Origin: Blasia pusilla
Taxonomy: Eukaryota
DNA: 64,000 bases
Assembly: GCA_050084515.1 (NCBI GenBank)
Contig: CM114271.1
Span: 37,696,001-37,760,000, forward strand
Reading direction: 5' to 3'
Shown here one piece after another: positions 1 through 13,453 of this stretch. Below the pieces are notes generated by a model. The model made no database searches. It saw only the letters and a program-made list of their open reading frames with translations, and was not told where the DNA came from. Both the position numbers and the translations under genes were made by a program. The number at the start of each line of letters is the position of its first letter. The stretch's first letter is position 1.

Positions 1-410
1 TGGGGCCTCAGTAGGTCATCCTCAACCTCCTGAGTCTATCTTCCACTACTCGCAAAGACGCTCTACTAGATCTCACCGATCTATCCTAAAAGACATGAGA
101 GTTGTCATGCGTATACACATCGTTACACAACATGCATCGTTGTCACCGAACACACACACAAAAATGCACGATCCTATGCTAACTCATGGCATCCAAACAA
201 TAAGACAAGAAGTACCAAAATATCTCCAATCACCCCCCTAGCTAGTGGTTAGGTCCCTGTAACTCCAGATAGTCATCTATCCCTACCTACCATGACAAAC
301 ATCTCTCAAACGTTAAGAGCAAGAAGTTCGGGTGCTCATATGATCCCATCGTTAGTCGCCTTCTTGTCATCCATGTCACAGACACAAGTCGGAATGTAGA
401 ACTACCTACT

Positions 411-2868
411 TTATGTACACCTGGGACACATCCATCGTCCCTGAGAAACCCTAGTGAGAGGTGGCGTCAAGCATGCCATATGCTCTCGAACATCCATCAC
501 AGACTAACATAGTGGTTGCACCACGAGCAGAACCACACAACATACATCGTAAGCCTGCAGGAACTACCGCTAAGCTTGGATCAACTATATCGTCAATGTT
601 CAAAAGGTGACACGGTGCACAGTTACGCATATGGTCATTCCAAACCATACCATCGCGTCCTGCCAATAAGAGAACACTTGATGGCAAAACCTCACGCACT
701 CTGAAGATGGTGCATCCTGTAGTCACATCCACTGTCGTGGGTGCCATTTGCTGCAAGTAGACATAGTTTCCCTGATGAAACCTCCGGATAGTAGGTCGAT
801 AACCACCCTTCCCGAATAGTCGCATACCTCAATGTATCCCGATGCAGCACAATCGCCAACTTTTCAAACTCCGTGGATATTACTCTCCAAAATAATTCAG
901 CCCTCTGAGAACATGCTCACATTCATACATGAGGGTCATCAAGGTTTAACACCTCACCAACATCTCGACGAATGGCCCTAGGTAAATATGGCTCTCCGCC
1001 ATACAAAAGCAAGTTCGGTGAGAAAGACGCTAAGGATGCTTGCTTGTTGAATTTGTATCCCATCGCCATCCACGGCAACTAGAGGTCACAATCTCCTAAG
1101 TGACCTCTCTATAAGCCATACTTGCGTAGTCCTCTCTTCAGCGTCTGCACAACCCGCTCCGCTAGTCCATCCGCCTCAGGATGATCTCGTGAAGTAGTGC
1201 GGTGGTCGATCAGTGCCTGATCATACAAGGCCTTAAACTCCTTGCAAAACTCTGTACCTAGCTAGTGCGCTGTAATGACTCAACACTTGATCTAGGAAGG
1301 CATACGCTACTCCCTCACTCGCTTTGTCAGGCAATGCAACCAACTCTATCTACTCAGAGAAGTGCTCGACCATCACCAACACATAACGACTATGGCGCTC
1401 CGTCAAAGGCAAAGATCTTGCAAAATCCAAACTCCATCTATAACCTAAACCCATGATTGGAAGTGGATGCAAATGTGGAGTCGGAGCATTGAATGATGCT
1501 CGGACTCGATCACACACCATGCATCTGGCAACAAACTGTTGAACGTCAGTCTGCATGCCTCGCCACCAATACTGAATCTGGAGCAAGTTGTACGTCCACT
1601 TCACTCCAAAATGATCCAACTCCTCATGGGCATGACGTACCAAATGTGCTCTCTGAGAAGGATGAGGCACTACACGCACTCTACCATCCTCCCACACTCG
1701 CAACATATATGTCCCCTCCCATCGGAACCGTCTGGCTCGCAATAGATCCTATCCCGCTCTCTAGCACCCACTGTGCTCGGGACGCTGCCAGTACGCAGGT
1801 ACTCTAGACCACTCCATCGTCGTGAATGTCTCGGCCACCTGTCGTCTCCTCATCGGCCTCTGGATCTAAGGACTCTCCATCAGACCTCGCCATCGAAGTC
1901 TCAAAAATCTGGCTCTCCATAGCCAATAAACCCAAATAGGCTGACGCATGCCATCCTGGCACCAACTCCTCATCACTCTCAGCATGCCAACGAGCTCCAA
2001 TTGCATCTTGCTGACTCGGGCATGGGTTACGGCTCAAACCATCTACATCCTGGTTGAGCATCCCAGGTCTATGCACCACCTGGAAGTCATACTCTCGCAA
2101 CAAAAGAGCCCACCTCGCAAGCTTCCCTATAAGCTTGTCAGACTCCACCAACCAATTAAGTGGCTGATGATCAGTAATGATGGTAAAGGGATTGCCGAAT
2201 AGATAACATCTGAAATGTACGACAGCCCACACTACAGCCAAGCACTCATCCTCATATGAGCTATACTTTGCCTCAACAGCATTGTTCGAGCAACTAGCGT
2301 AAGCCACCACGAACTCACTACCATCATCGTCATGCTTGGTGAGCACGGCTCCAAGCCCCAACATGCTCCAATCGATATGCAATTGGAAAGGACGCCCCCT
2401 AATCGGTCTCCTCAATATAGGCGCGAAAGTCAATCTGTCCTTGAGCATCTGAAATGCTCTCTCTTGTTCATCCCCCCAGTACCACTCCTGATCCACCTTG
2501 GTCAGCAAGGTCAACAGCTTTGCAATCGAGCTAAAACCCTTGACGTACCGTCGATAGAAGTTCGCCAATCCCATGAATGCACGAACTCGACTCACATCTC
2601 TAGGGCATGGAATACGTGAAATAGCCTCTACCTTTGTCTGCTGCACACCAAGGCCCCCTGGGTATATCGTATGACCCATGTACTCAATCTGGTGGTAGAA
2701 GAACTTGCACTTGCCTGGATGTAGCTTCAGCCCATGTAAGTGCAATCATCAAAACACCTCCTCTAGATGTCGCTCATGCTCCTTAACCGTGGCACTAAAG
2801 ACTATGATATAATCAATATAACACCTAGCAAAATCCAGACTTGCCAAGATCCTATCCATAACCCTCTA
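411..2868 (-). mobile_element. Ty3/Gypsy LTR-retrotransposon pol remnant (RT C-terminus, RNase H, integrase, C-terminal PHD finger), degenerate
   Basis: Domain order is RT-RH-INT. RT catalytic motif is decayed to ARCYIDYIIVFS (~2800-2830), followed by LKLHPGKCKF. RNase H region FQLHIDWSMLGLGAVL...ECLAVVWAV...TDHQPL is in ORF 1804-2745. Integrase zinc finger HAHEELDHFG...CMVC and WSLDF are in ORF 1350-1742. The Cys-rich tail in ORF 451-825 continues after a frameshift to a stop at 411-413. Several stops and frameshifts. Confidence 0.93.
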
Positions 2869-5800
2869 ATCAAACCAGATCTTCGGGAATTGAAGTCTCT
2901 TGCCCGATCCAAGTCACAAAATCTATTCATATTTTCCCTTTCTTTTTAGTTAATAGTGCCTTCAATGTACTAGCTTAGTCCATGCCCTTTAGGTGTTCCC
3001 ACAAGGCTTAGTTTAGAACCTAATCAATACACCCACAGTAAAACTAATATTTGGTCTTATATTTCAAAAATCTAACTGTCCACTAGCTTTCCCTAAATCT
3101 TTCCATATAACGACAATGAAACATCCAATGTTACGAGTTTCAAATCAACCTAAAAAGGGCTACTTATTGACTTATCTACCATCTCCAATACTCCACACAT
3201 CTCACTTAGACCAAAACTAAAAATAAAAATATACAACACAAATGTGACTATGACGTCGTGTGCATTGCATTGCTTGTGTATTGGTACCATTACATCTAGG
3301 CATACACATCTTCTTCACATAATTAGAGGATTTCCTCTCTCCATTAAGCGATCTTCTTTAGCTAGAATATCAAATTTTTGTGAATAATGGGTTTTTTGGG
3401 TAATATATCTACTATTATTGATAAATAAATGTTCTATTTGTTTAAAAATATAATCATTCTTACTTAATGAGAACATAATCAGATTTTCTCTGTAGCTTGA
3501 AGAATATTTTGGATTTTTTTATCGCCTTTTGTGAAGTGTTCTTAATATAGTAAAAATTTGGGAATTAACATTGATTCTGCGATAGAGGCTTATTGAAAAT
3601 TACATCAAGATGTCTTCGCGAAGTAATATTTCAAGAAGTCCTCTCACAAAGTTTGCTCCTCATAGTTTGCACAATCCTCACGAAGTACTTTTGTCTTTGT
3701 CTTCCACTCCATTCTTCTCAAAAGATCTTCAAACAAAAATCTTTGTAAAAGGTTTTCGTCTTCATACCCTTGTCTTCACAAGACTCTAGAATCTTCTTGA
3801 AGAGCTTTTTAGTCTTCATGGAAGTTCTTTTTTCCTAACAATGTCTTTGTTCCTAAAAATATCTCCATGAAGACCTGAAAACTCTCTTCGTTGCTTCTTT
3901 GGAAGAGTTTTCTCTTCGCAAAGACTAATGTTATAGTCTTCGCAACTTCTTCTCCTTAGGGCCTTGACTCAAAATAATCTTCACTAGGATTAACTTCACT
4001 ATTCTTCATGAAGATTCTTTAACAAACACTCCTTCCTAAATTCTTTCCTATTTTCTAATTTAAAAGTTCTTCTAAATAAAGTACTTCCCTATACTACTTT
4101 TGACTTACCGAAGATCTTTCTAGTCTTCTATACTAACCAAAATGCAACTTCTCAAAATTTCTCAACACCACAACCAACAACTCATAGGGAAAGAAACAAC
4201 ATTGCCTCAAATTAGATGTAATGCCCAAACTTGCCCAGCAATCTGCAACAATGTGCTTGCCCAAACATCTCAAGCTCTAGCCTTCTTGTGAACTGCAATA
4301 GACTCTATCCATGGAAGCTTCTACTATACCTCTATCCGATCTGTCTTTCGATTTCTAGAGTGGCATTCCTCAATGAAATATGCAATCAATAGACATCTTA
4401 TTGACAAAGTGTTGGACAGTTTAGTGCCAAGGAAAAAAGCTGAGAGAATATGAGATCCAATTACCAAAGCCATAAGAATCACTGTCAATTGCTTGGCCCT
4501 TACTGCTCTTCCTTACGCAAAATGTTTCCATCAGGAAGAACGACATAGCATATGAGAAAAAGAAAACCATCAAGAAGAAAATGAGTAGACTTTAGTTATA
4601 TTTCTAAGACTTATTATTTAAAATTTGGGTACCACCATAGAAGAAAATATACATGTGTCCATTTGGCAGGTAGTTGTAAACAAATTAAAATATATCAAGT
4701 TGTAACGATAGTGGAGGAATCCTATAGCACACGACCAAAAGATGGAGGAAAGATCCTCTTTGAAGTTTACACATGAAAAAGAAAAGATACACTGGAAGTA
4801 ACGTTTCTCAACTCAAACAAACTAACCAATCTCTCTAGAAAAAATAACTACGGCTTGAGCACGCCATTTGAACTACGGCAAATTGGAGGACAAGACCTCT
4901 CCTTCAATAGTGAGCAAGAGAAGGACATGGAGCTATGGTAAATGGGAGTGTTGGGCAAAGCTTGGAATGAACATGGCATCCTAGCCACCCTTCGACATTT
5001 CTATCCCAAGCCTTGAGCTCGCCATTGTTTATCACAGCGAAGGAATGGTAGTGTCTGGACACAACCCTGACAATGTTGATGGTCAGATTATGGACAGTTT
5101 CTGGCTTGCTAGATGCTTTCTACTCGATATGCTCCACCACCATCTCACCGCCTTTGTACGGAAAAAATAAAATCTCGCGCAAACATATGAGTGCTATGCA
5201 AAATATACTCTTATTTTCTTGGCCAATCGTGTTTAGCCATGTCATATAGCATTTTCTAGTACCAAATTAGATTAGGACTAGTTCTAGTATTACAAACTCC
5301 ATGTCATTTTTATAAATTAATGTTTGAAAATAATAAGTATCATTCCAAAATTTACACGTATATATTATTTAGTATTTTCTTTAAACTAGTTGTAACTGAA
5401 GTTAGTTTTATCGACGAAAGTTAGTATCTATGTAGGACATGTCATTAATTGGAAATTATAGCATTAATACTCATCGAAATCAAAATTTATTAACGACATA
5501 ATGTTAATGCCATATCATGAATATATAGTTCATCCTTGTTGTAATATAAAACTAACACATGACACGTCAACATTTGAAGTCAAACTAGTTGTATATCTAG
5601 TGATTTTGGATGTAGTTGTAAATATCTTAGTGTTACAAATGTGTATTTCCTTCCAATTCCCCCTCTACATATCAATCGACAACCAATTTCAATGTGATTG
5701 GGTCAAGAAATTGAGTCATCAATCTATCCTTGGAGTTTGATTCAATCCATCTTGTACAATTATCTTCTTCAATCCATTGCAAAAAGATACTTCCCCAAGC

Positions 5801-7125
5801 TAACGCATCCTAGGAGACCATGTGCTAATGATTTCTCTTTGAACTTTATACACAAACAAACGTGGATCTCTTCATCTATCGTGTTCCACCTAAAGTACCT
5901 AGGGAGCCACTTAAATCAACAAAGTCTCCAAATAGTAACTTCTAGGAAAGCAACAGAGTCATAGTAGCAATGAGAGATATGAGACTTTTGTCGAATTTGG
6001 GCACCCAAAAAATCAAGAAGTGCTAAACCTTGCTTATGAGTTCATTGGTTGAACATCCCTCAAATTCCATCACATAAAACCTTTTCATTTTCCGACTTTA
6101 GATGCTTCTAAATTTTTTCCATGAAAAGAAAAATCAGCCTCTTAACAAAGTTGAAAAGTATTAGACAAAGAGATACACCTTCATTTGTGTATAAAGTTTG
6201 GAGATCCTAATACAAGAAGGATTATGTTGTATTATCATTATATTATTAGAGAAGTTCCCAACTATAAGGAAAATCTTGGTACGGGCACCAAAAACAATCA
6301 ATAACGTTAGAGGCCAACAAGATCCTGCATAATACATGTTTTTTATGAGGATTGATATCCCAATTATGCAAAAGAAAGGAAAAATTGATGATCGGAAATC
6401 CCAATCAAAATAGTTATCCAATGTGGATAAAAGATGTTAAGAGAAAACTCATCTCTTAGAAATTCTTGCCAAACAAAATCTTGCAATCCATGCAATTGAA
6501 GGATGCAAAAGAAATATTGAGATACATACAAGCATAGATTGATATAAAATTTAGCTAGAAGTGGTTTTCAAAAAAAGAAAATAAGAGAAAGAGTACACAA
6601 GGTATGGTTTTTATAGATATTCTTGTAGATTATTATCAAGATTTTTATCCTAAGACTAAACATCAAATGGGTTACACTAGAAGAAAATCTTGTAGTTTAT
6701 AACTTTGATCTAGGACTAGATTGAGTCATTGATGATCATAAATAAATCACAATGATTGTTGACCCTTAGAGTTATAGAAACTAGTAACTTACTAGTGATA
6801 ACTAAGGCTATCAAGTCATTCATATATTTATGATATTTCAAAAACAACATATCCATAGGCTCCTCATCCTGCATCCTCCATTTTCCAGCCCTTTATCCAT
6901 CCATCCTCGGTCTGTTGCCCTTTATCCATCCGTCCATCCATCCATACTCCATTTTCTATCTTACATCCATACTCTGTCTCCATCCTTCATCCACCCGTAG
7001 AGTCATACAAACCATATTTTTCACCAACAATAACTAAGGTTATCTTGTCATTTATATAGATGACTAAAATGTCAATAAAGACATGTATCTTTGTTACCCT
7101 TCCTTCATTTGCATGCCGTTCATCC

Positions 7126-7510
7126 CAAGGTTGTACATGAACAAAGTCAGTGTTCGCGGTCTTAATTCCGTCCCATGTTTATGCACGCCCCATGGCCTCT
7201 ATCCCGCACTTAAGCCCGCCTTGCCCACACTCGACCCCGCATGCCTTTGGCATGTATCTAGTCCACACAGGAGGGCGGTTTTTTTTATGATTTTTGAAGA
7301 AAAAATATTAAGGCCTATGCAGGCTTCACGCGGGCTGGGTGAGCACTTCAACACACGGATGGGCCCGCATCTAGCCGGAGCGGGGGTTTTGGTAGGGACA
7401 TGAGCCATGGTGTGGAATCAAGTATGGGATGGTATGATCGTAGACATGTTTGGACTTGTGTCGACAAGTCTCTACCAATGACAGATAAGTTTTTTTTTCG
7501 TATAACCTTG
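7126..7510. mobile_element. hAT-type MITE, copy 1
   Basis: Ends CAAGGTTGTAC / GTATAACCTTG. Flanking 8-mers GTTCATCC (7118-7125) and CTTCATCC (7511-7518) match at 7/8. GC-rich CCCGC-motif interior. Confidence 0.85.
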
Positions 7511-8584
7511 CTTCATCCATCGATTTTCCGTCCGCATTTCATTTTTTAATTCCCCATCCATCGTCTATCTATCCGTCCTCCATCAAAACCAAGCAAGGCT
7601 CGAACTTAAACCACCATACCAAGGCAAGGTTGGCTACCATTACCCTATGCATATAAGATACTTACACATTTAAATATATACATAAATATCATAGGCCTAG
7701 TTGGCAGATTTTGTTTTCAAATTTATGCATGATTGAATGAGCATTCCCAATTTTTAGAGAATAAATGAAAAAGAGGTTTTTTTAGAGAATTAAAGTTTTA
7801 AATTCAAAAGAAAAATTCAAATTATTATTATTTGAAGAAGAATTATAAAATTTATGGAATTATTTGAACCATTTAAAATTTTTTGGTTTGTATGAATGAA
7901 AGAAATCATTAAATTACTGAAAAATAATAAATTATATCTAAGCCGAAAAAAGTAAATACATCTTGTAACGAACTGGTAAAGTGGACTTTACCAGTTTGGT
8001 GAACAAATAGTTGTGGTGAACATTTCTTCCTTCTAAACTTATGTTAGCATAAAATAAATTTCTCATAAGGTAAAGGCTTAAAATAAAACATTAGGAGTGA
8101 GTGAATTTTTGGAAATAAATAAAATCTACATCTATAATTGAAAATCGTAATACGTGAAATTTTTTGCAAAAAAATATTAGAAACTTTATGCATGGTTGTA
8201 AACCTTTTTAATCCAAAAAATCCTTGGATTCTTATAAAAAAATTGTGAATGTCTAGGAAAAAATCAAAAATTATTAAAATAAATTTCTTAATACCATATT
8301 GATAGTGAGTTCAATTGTATTGATCTTGATGGATATTTATTTTTTCATTAATTCATAATTTGTTTTTAAAAGCCTTCATGGATAGACTAAAAATATGTGG
8401 AATTATTCATTAAGGAAATGAAACTTGCCATCCAAAATTAAAATTATAATATAAAATCTGTGAAAAACACATGAAAATGTGGAAAATAAGAATAATTAGA
8501 ATAATCTAGAAAAAATATTAAATCTGTGAAATATTCAAATTTTAAATGCCATCTAAACCTTAAAATTAATCCATACCTCTAAAG

Positions 8585-9512
8585 CAAGGTTAAACACGGA
8601 AAAAGTCCATGCAGGCCTAGGTTCCTACCTCACCCGCAATGTAAACCCGAGCTTGGCCAGCCCGGCCGGTACCTCAGTCCAATGACCCGCCACCCATTTT
8701 GTAGCTCGGGCCTCGCCTATAGAAGCACGTCTGCACATGCCCGCATTATGGCTGATTGGGGTTTGCATTAGGCTAAGCCTGCTTGGGCCTAGTGCAGGGC
8801 GCTCCGAGCCCTATGCGGGCTAGTGCTAGCCATGCATACGCTTGATTCAGACTTGGGATGGGCTCGCCGCCTTCACCCATGTTCGATCCCTGCCCGCCTC
8901 CCTTAATCCAAGCCCGCAAGTGTTCCTGCATCATGGTTGCACGAAAATGGACATGCCCACAGACATACTTAACAGGTTCCCTGCTTGGTTTATTTTGGTA
9001 TCCAATTGGCCCACGTAGGCTTAGGATACGAGAATGGATGGAGGCTCATATTGCAGGAGGTGGGCAAAAATCAACCCGCACATAGCCCACATTGGCCCAT
9101 GGCAGGCATGTAGGGTGGGCAGAACTCGCACTATGCGGGTCTTGCCTACACCTTGTTCTACATAGGCCTTGTCATAGGCTCTGTAAAGGCGAATGCGGGC
9201 TTAGGGTAGGCCGGTGCGGACTACAAAATGAGTGATGATTAGGTGCAGGCTTAGAGTGGGTGCGGGTTGGCCGAGTCTGGGTCTATGTTGCGGGCAGGGT
9301 GGGCTTGGGTGCGGATTGCGGGTACGTTGGCTCGCACGGACATATTTTTCCTAGCGACAGATATGAATCCTCAACCTTGTCCATCGTTATGAGCCTATAC
9401 GGGCAATTAGGGTACCCGAAAAACTTGGGTGAGAGACCCGTTGGGCATGTCTGTAGACATGTTCGGACTAGTCTGGATATGTCCATCTCATGCACGTTTC
9501 TATACAACCTTG
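8585..9512. mobile_element. hAT-type non-autonomous element, copy 2 (928 bp)
   Basis: Ends CAAGGTTAAACACGGAAA / TTTCTATACAACCTTG. TSD CTCTAAAG (8577-8584) vs CTTTAAAG (9513-9520), 7/8. GC-rich interior with CCCGC/GCGGG motifs in an AT-rich surround. Confidence 0.85.
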
Positions 9513-11253
9513 CTTTAAAGGTTATCAAAGAAAATGTGCCTTCCACTTAATCAATAATGTAAGTTCTACTGTAGTATTCATAGTGGTTTTGTCTCATTTA
9601 CTAAAATGCATTATAAATAATTTAAGTTATTTTTTGGAAGAGATTTAATATGAATTTTGAAGATATTTTATTTAAATGAAAATTATTTAATAAGGATCTT
9701 TTAATTTTATCGAATGGTGTATAATTTTTAACATGAAGGGAAAATATGCCTACTTATAGGCCATATGTCTATTTTAAGATGAAAAGTTGGCGAAGGAAGG
9801 AGCATTGGATAATTTGCAATATCAAGGTGAAACATACACTACGTTAGTTGGTAGTTAGTTAATAATTGATATGAACTTTAGTTTTGAAATTGTAAGTTAT
9901 TGAGATGGTTGACATCTCTTATCATCCTAACTTAAGGTTAGACTTCATGATTTTCCAACTTCTAGTTAAGTTTGAATTGGATTCAAAAGATCAATTTTTT
10001 TCATTCATAGTATAATTTCAAGTTTAGTATGTATTGTAACTCATATTTTAACTACTGATTGGGTTCCAAAGGCATTAATAGAGACATCCTTTAGGTTGGC
10101 ATGATTTAGTTTATGTTATTTAATGATATTGTTAATGTTTTTCAACATTTTATGATCTTTGATGCAAGTTTCTAGTTTCAAAAATATTCTATCATCACCT
10201 AAAAGGTTTAGTTCACAATTCATATATTTTTTATATTCATACCCTCTTTCACTCTTTTTTTTGGGTAAAATAATTTCATGCTAAGATAGTTATTTCCAAT
10301 TCATTAAATTTATCATGTTATATATTTTATAGTCCTAGAAAATTCCAACACTTAGAATCATAAAAGAATGAAGATGAATCTTTTTTTTTTCACGCACTAC
10401 TTGAACAAGTGTAATTTTCCTAAAAGTAGTATCCAAGTGACTCAAAAGTACAATTAAAAAGTCTTCAAAGTACAATCCAATAGTCTCAAAAGTATACTCA
10501 AATTGTCTCAAAATCCCAAACCAATTATCTCAATTCAACCAATCAATCTCAATTTAATTCATATGGTCATAGTCAGTCGGACATAAAAGAATACTTAGAG
10601 GCACTAGTAAAGGTTTTTTTTTCTTCATGATTGTGATTATTCTATTTGTGACTTCTTTTAACATGAGTGATACTTGATCAGATCTCTAACCATGTCATTC
10701 CAAAAAAGAAGGCGGCAAGATTTACAAAGTAGTAAAAGATAGCATCTTTCTTGAGAAAAGACTCTCAAATTAGTTGAGAAAATATACAAATAAAATTTAT
10801 CATTCATGCTAACTTAAAGTTTCACCTTAGGGATTTTCAATTTTTAGAGTATAGCAAAAGTCATTACCATTTTGATATATTCCAATGTATTATAAGATAA
10901 TTTGCAATGGTTTGTCTAGCCATCATTAAGATTTTCAATCCAAAATGGAGAATTTTTGTGATTTTCCAGTTCCCAAATTTAATTTCTTTACAAGTGGAAT
11001 TCAATGAGAAAATAATACACATGTAAGTTAATCTCACCAAAATTTGAGCCATGAAAAATCTGCTCCATAATGTATTAATGGATTCATTTATTTCACTAAC
11101 TATCTTGAAGAAAAAAATATTCCGAAAGAAATGAAAAAAATTATTAACTTGTAAAACAAAAATTTTAGCCTTATCTTGGTTGATATGAACTTTGATTTTT
11201 TTTAAGATCATAACTCGATCTAAGTAAGTTGGTATCCAACTCAAATGTAGATG

Positions 11254-11543
11254 CAAGGTTGCATATGGACAAAGCTCGTGTCCGTGGACTTGCGTCCGTC
11301 CTATAGAAGGACTTGTCCACTTGGGCCTCATCTCCCCCTTATTTCTCATCATCCCCACTTGCCTTCTTGATATACAATTTCTCGTTTTTTCCTACTTCCA
11401 CCTCCACTCCCTCCCTCCATATTGCCCTGCCCACTCTAAACGCTCTTGCCATGCCTTCCACCATAAAATATACATGTGGGCCCTATCTTTTGTGATTCAT
11501 GTTTGTGGACAAGTCCAAACTTGTCCGTTTTTGTGCAACCATG
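11254..11543. mobile_element. hAT-type MITE, copy 3
   Basis: Ends CAAGGTTGCATA / TGTGCAACCATG. Flanks TGTAGATG vs GTTAGATG, 6/8. Confidence 0.75.
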
Positions 11544-12942
11544 GTTAGATGTATAAGAACAAGCATGGGATTACGAAGAAAATTCAAGTTATGATTAAAG
11601 GAGAGGGTAAAGACACTTTAAAATTCATAAAAATTGGTAAAAGAATAGAATCTCAAGTTCTTTTTTATGACATGAATAGAAGATGGCTTCTATCCTAGGA
11701 GTCCTACTTCCTCCTTGAATGTTGGTGATTGCTCATTTCCTCTCTTAGGCTTTAGAGAGATGAAGAAAAAAGAAAGATACTCACCTTAAGAAAACAAGAT
11801 TGGACCCAAATCCACATAAAATGAAAATAAGAAAAAAAAATTACATAAGATTTTTTTAAAAACTACAAAAATTCAAAGAATCTAATATAAAATATACATA
11901 CTCTTATTTCAAGGAGGGGTTTTTATGAGAGAAAAGTACTTTCTAGATAGGGTAAATTTTTTAGAAGATGAAATGAAGAATTTTAAGTTATTTTCATGAA
12001 AAATAATACTATGAATAATTAAATTACATATGGTGGTTATCTATGAATGAAACACTCTATATTTCACTAGAAAGCCTTGGAAGTCATACTCTTTAGTTTG
12101 AACAAGTATTCTATCATAAATGGAATATCATAATCTATATTATAATTTGAGGAAGGTTTTTGAAATGACGAGTATTTTTTTCAACCATGCGCGCATATTC
12201 ATCTACAATTTTCAGGAGGGGGCACGTATATCACACCATCCCTCACTCTTAAAGAAGAACTAACAAGTAAAGGTCATGGTATTTTGAAAGAAATTTGAAA
12301 TGCATGGAAATTTCTTTCAAAATGTAAAGAGTAGAAATCACTCGAAAACTTACATAAGTTTGTCAAGCTCAAAACTTAACATATTTTAATTCGACCACCT
12401 AATGCACACTGAGCCGAAAATAGAAAAAAAATAGAAAAAAATCAAAGAATCTAACACCATCAGAAATAGGTTAATATTAAAAAAACACTCGACATAAAAG
12501 GACATTAGAGAAACTCATATTTAAGTTGAAGAATCGACACAAACCACCGTCATACCCGCTCCACGAAACGCAGAGAGGCAAAGGGCCGTAGAAAACAAAC
12601 GGACGTAAATGGAGGCCAACTTCAGCCGACGATTCCCTACGGCTGTCGGATCCACGTCGCCTTAGGGAGGACGACTTCCTCGCACTTATATATTGATTGG
12701 ATTTTTTAATTTTTTAATAAGCAGAGGTGGAATTCATTATCAGTCCCAGCTTGGGCGAATCATATTGAGTCCTTAAGTTTGGGGACGATCCACTGTCTGT
12801 CTGTCATTGCAAAACTTGATACAGAGCCAAGATTCCCCGGACGGGGAATCTTGGAAGGGGGAAGAAAAGGCCGTGAAGAGTCTTAAAGAGGGCCTGCGAC
12901 GACCGTCACGTCTATCTTGTCTCGTCTTCGTTCCTCCTACCA

Positions 12943-12950
12943 TATTTATA
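12943..12950 (+). promoter_or_regulatory. Candidate TATA box of the PR-10 gene
   Basis: TATTTATA follows a pyrimidine-rich stretch. A plausible 5'UTR intron lies downstream (AG|GTATCT at 13186 to CGCAG at 13428 or 13431) before the ATG at 13454. Confidence 0.4.
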
Positions 12951-13453
12951 CGCCACCTAGCGCTTTTGCGAACCTCTGCTACACATCTTTCGCGCTACAA
13001 TCTGCTCAACTACTCGGTCCATTGCGCTTGCGCCAGTAGTCGCTCGCTCGGCAACTTGTTCGGTTCACGCTTCGTTCTCGGGGCGGGACGGGCGGGGCGG
13101 GGCGGGGCCAGTCGAGGTGCGGCAATCTTTCGGCAGGAGATCTGGGGATGATAGAGTAGTGTCACCCGGCACAGAGGAGGCGAAGGTATCTTGAGTGTGG
13201 GTTGGACAAGCTCTCGCTTTCGAGGGTATTTTCCGACGCTATCGTGTTCTGTCAAACCTCCCGAGGAGTAATTGGACACTTGTGGAAGCTGCGTGCTTGC
13301 TTGGGGGAACGAAATTGTGTTCAGGAGCGGGAGGCCTGGTGTAAGCGGGTTTGTGTGGTCACCGTCTTGCAGTGTCTGGGGAGAGAGTGCATCGGAGACG
13401 GTCTGCTCCACCTTCCAGCGCTTCGCAGCAGGTTGGACTAATCGCAAGTGAGG

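Noticed and set aside
3300..6800. Possible degenerate viral or TE coding region
   Set aside because: Composition suggests decayed mobile DNA, but I could not identify any motif.
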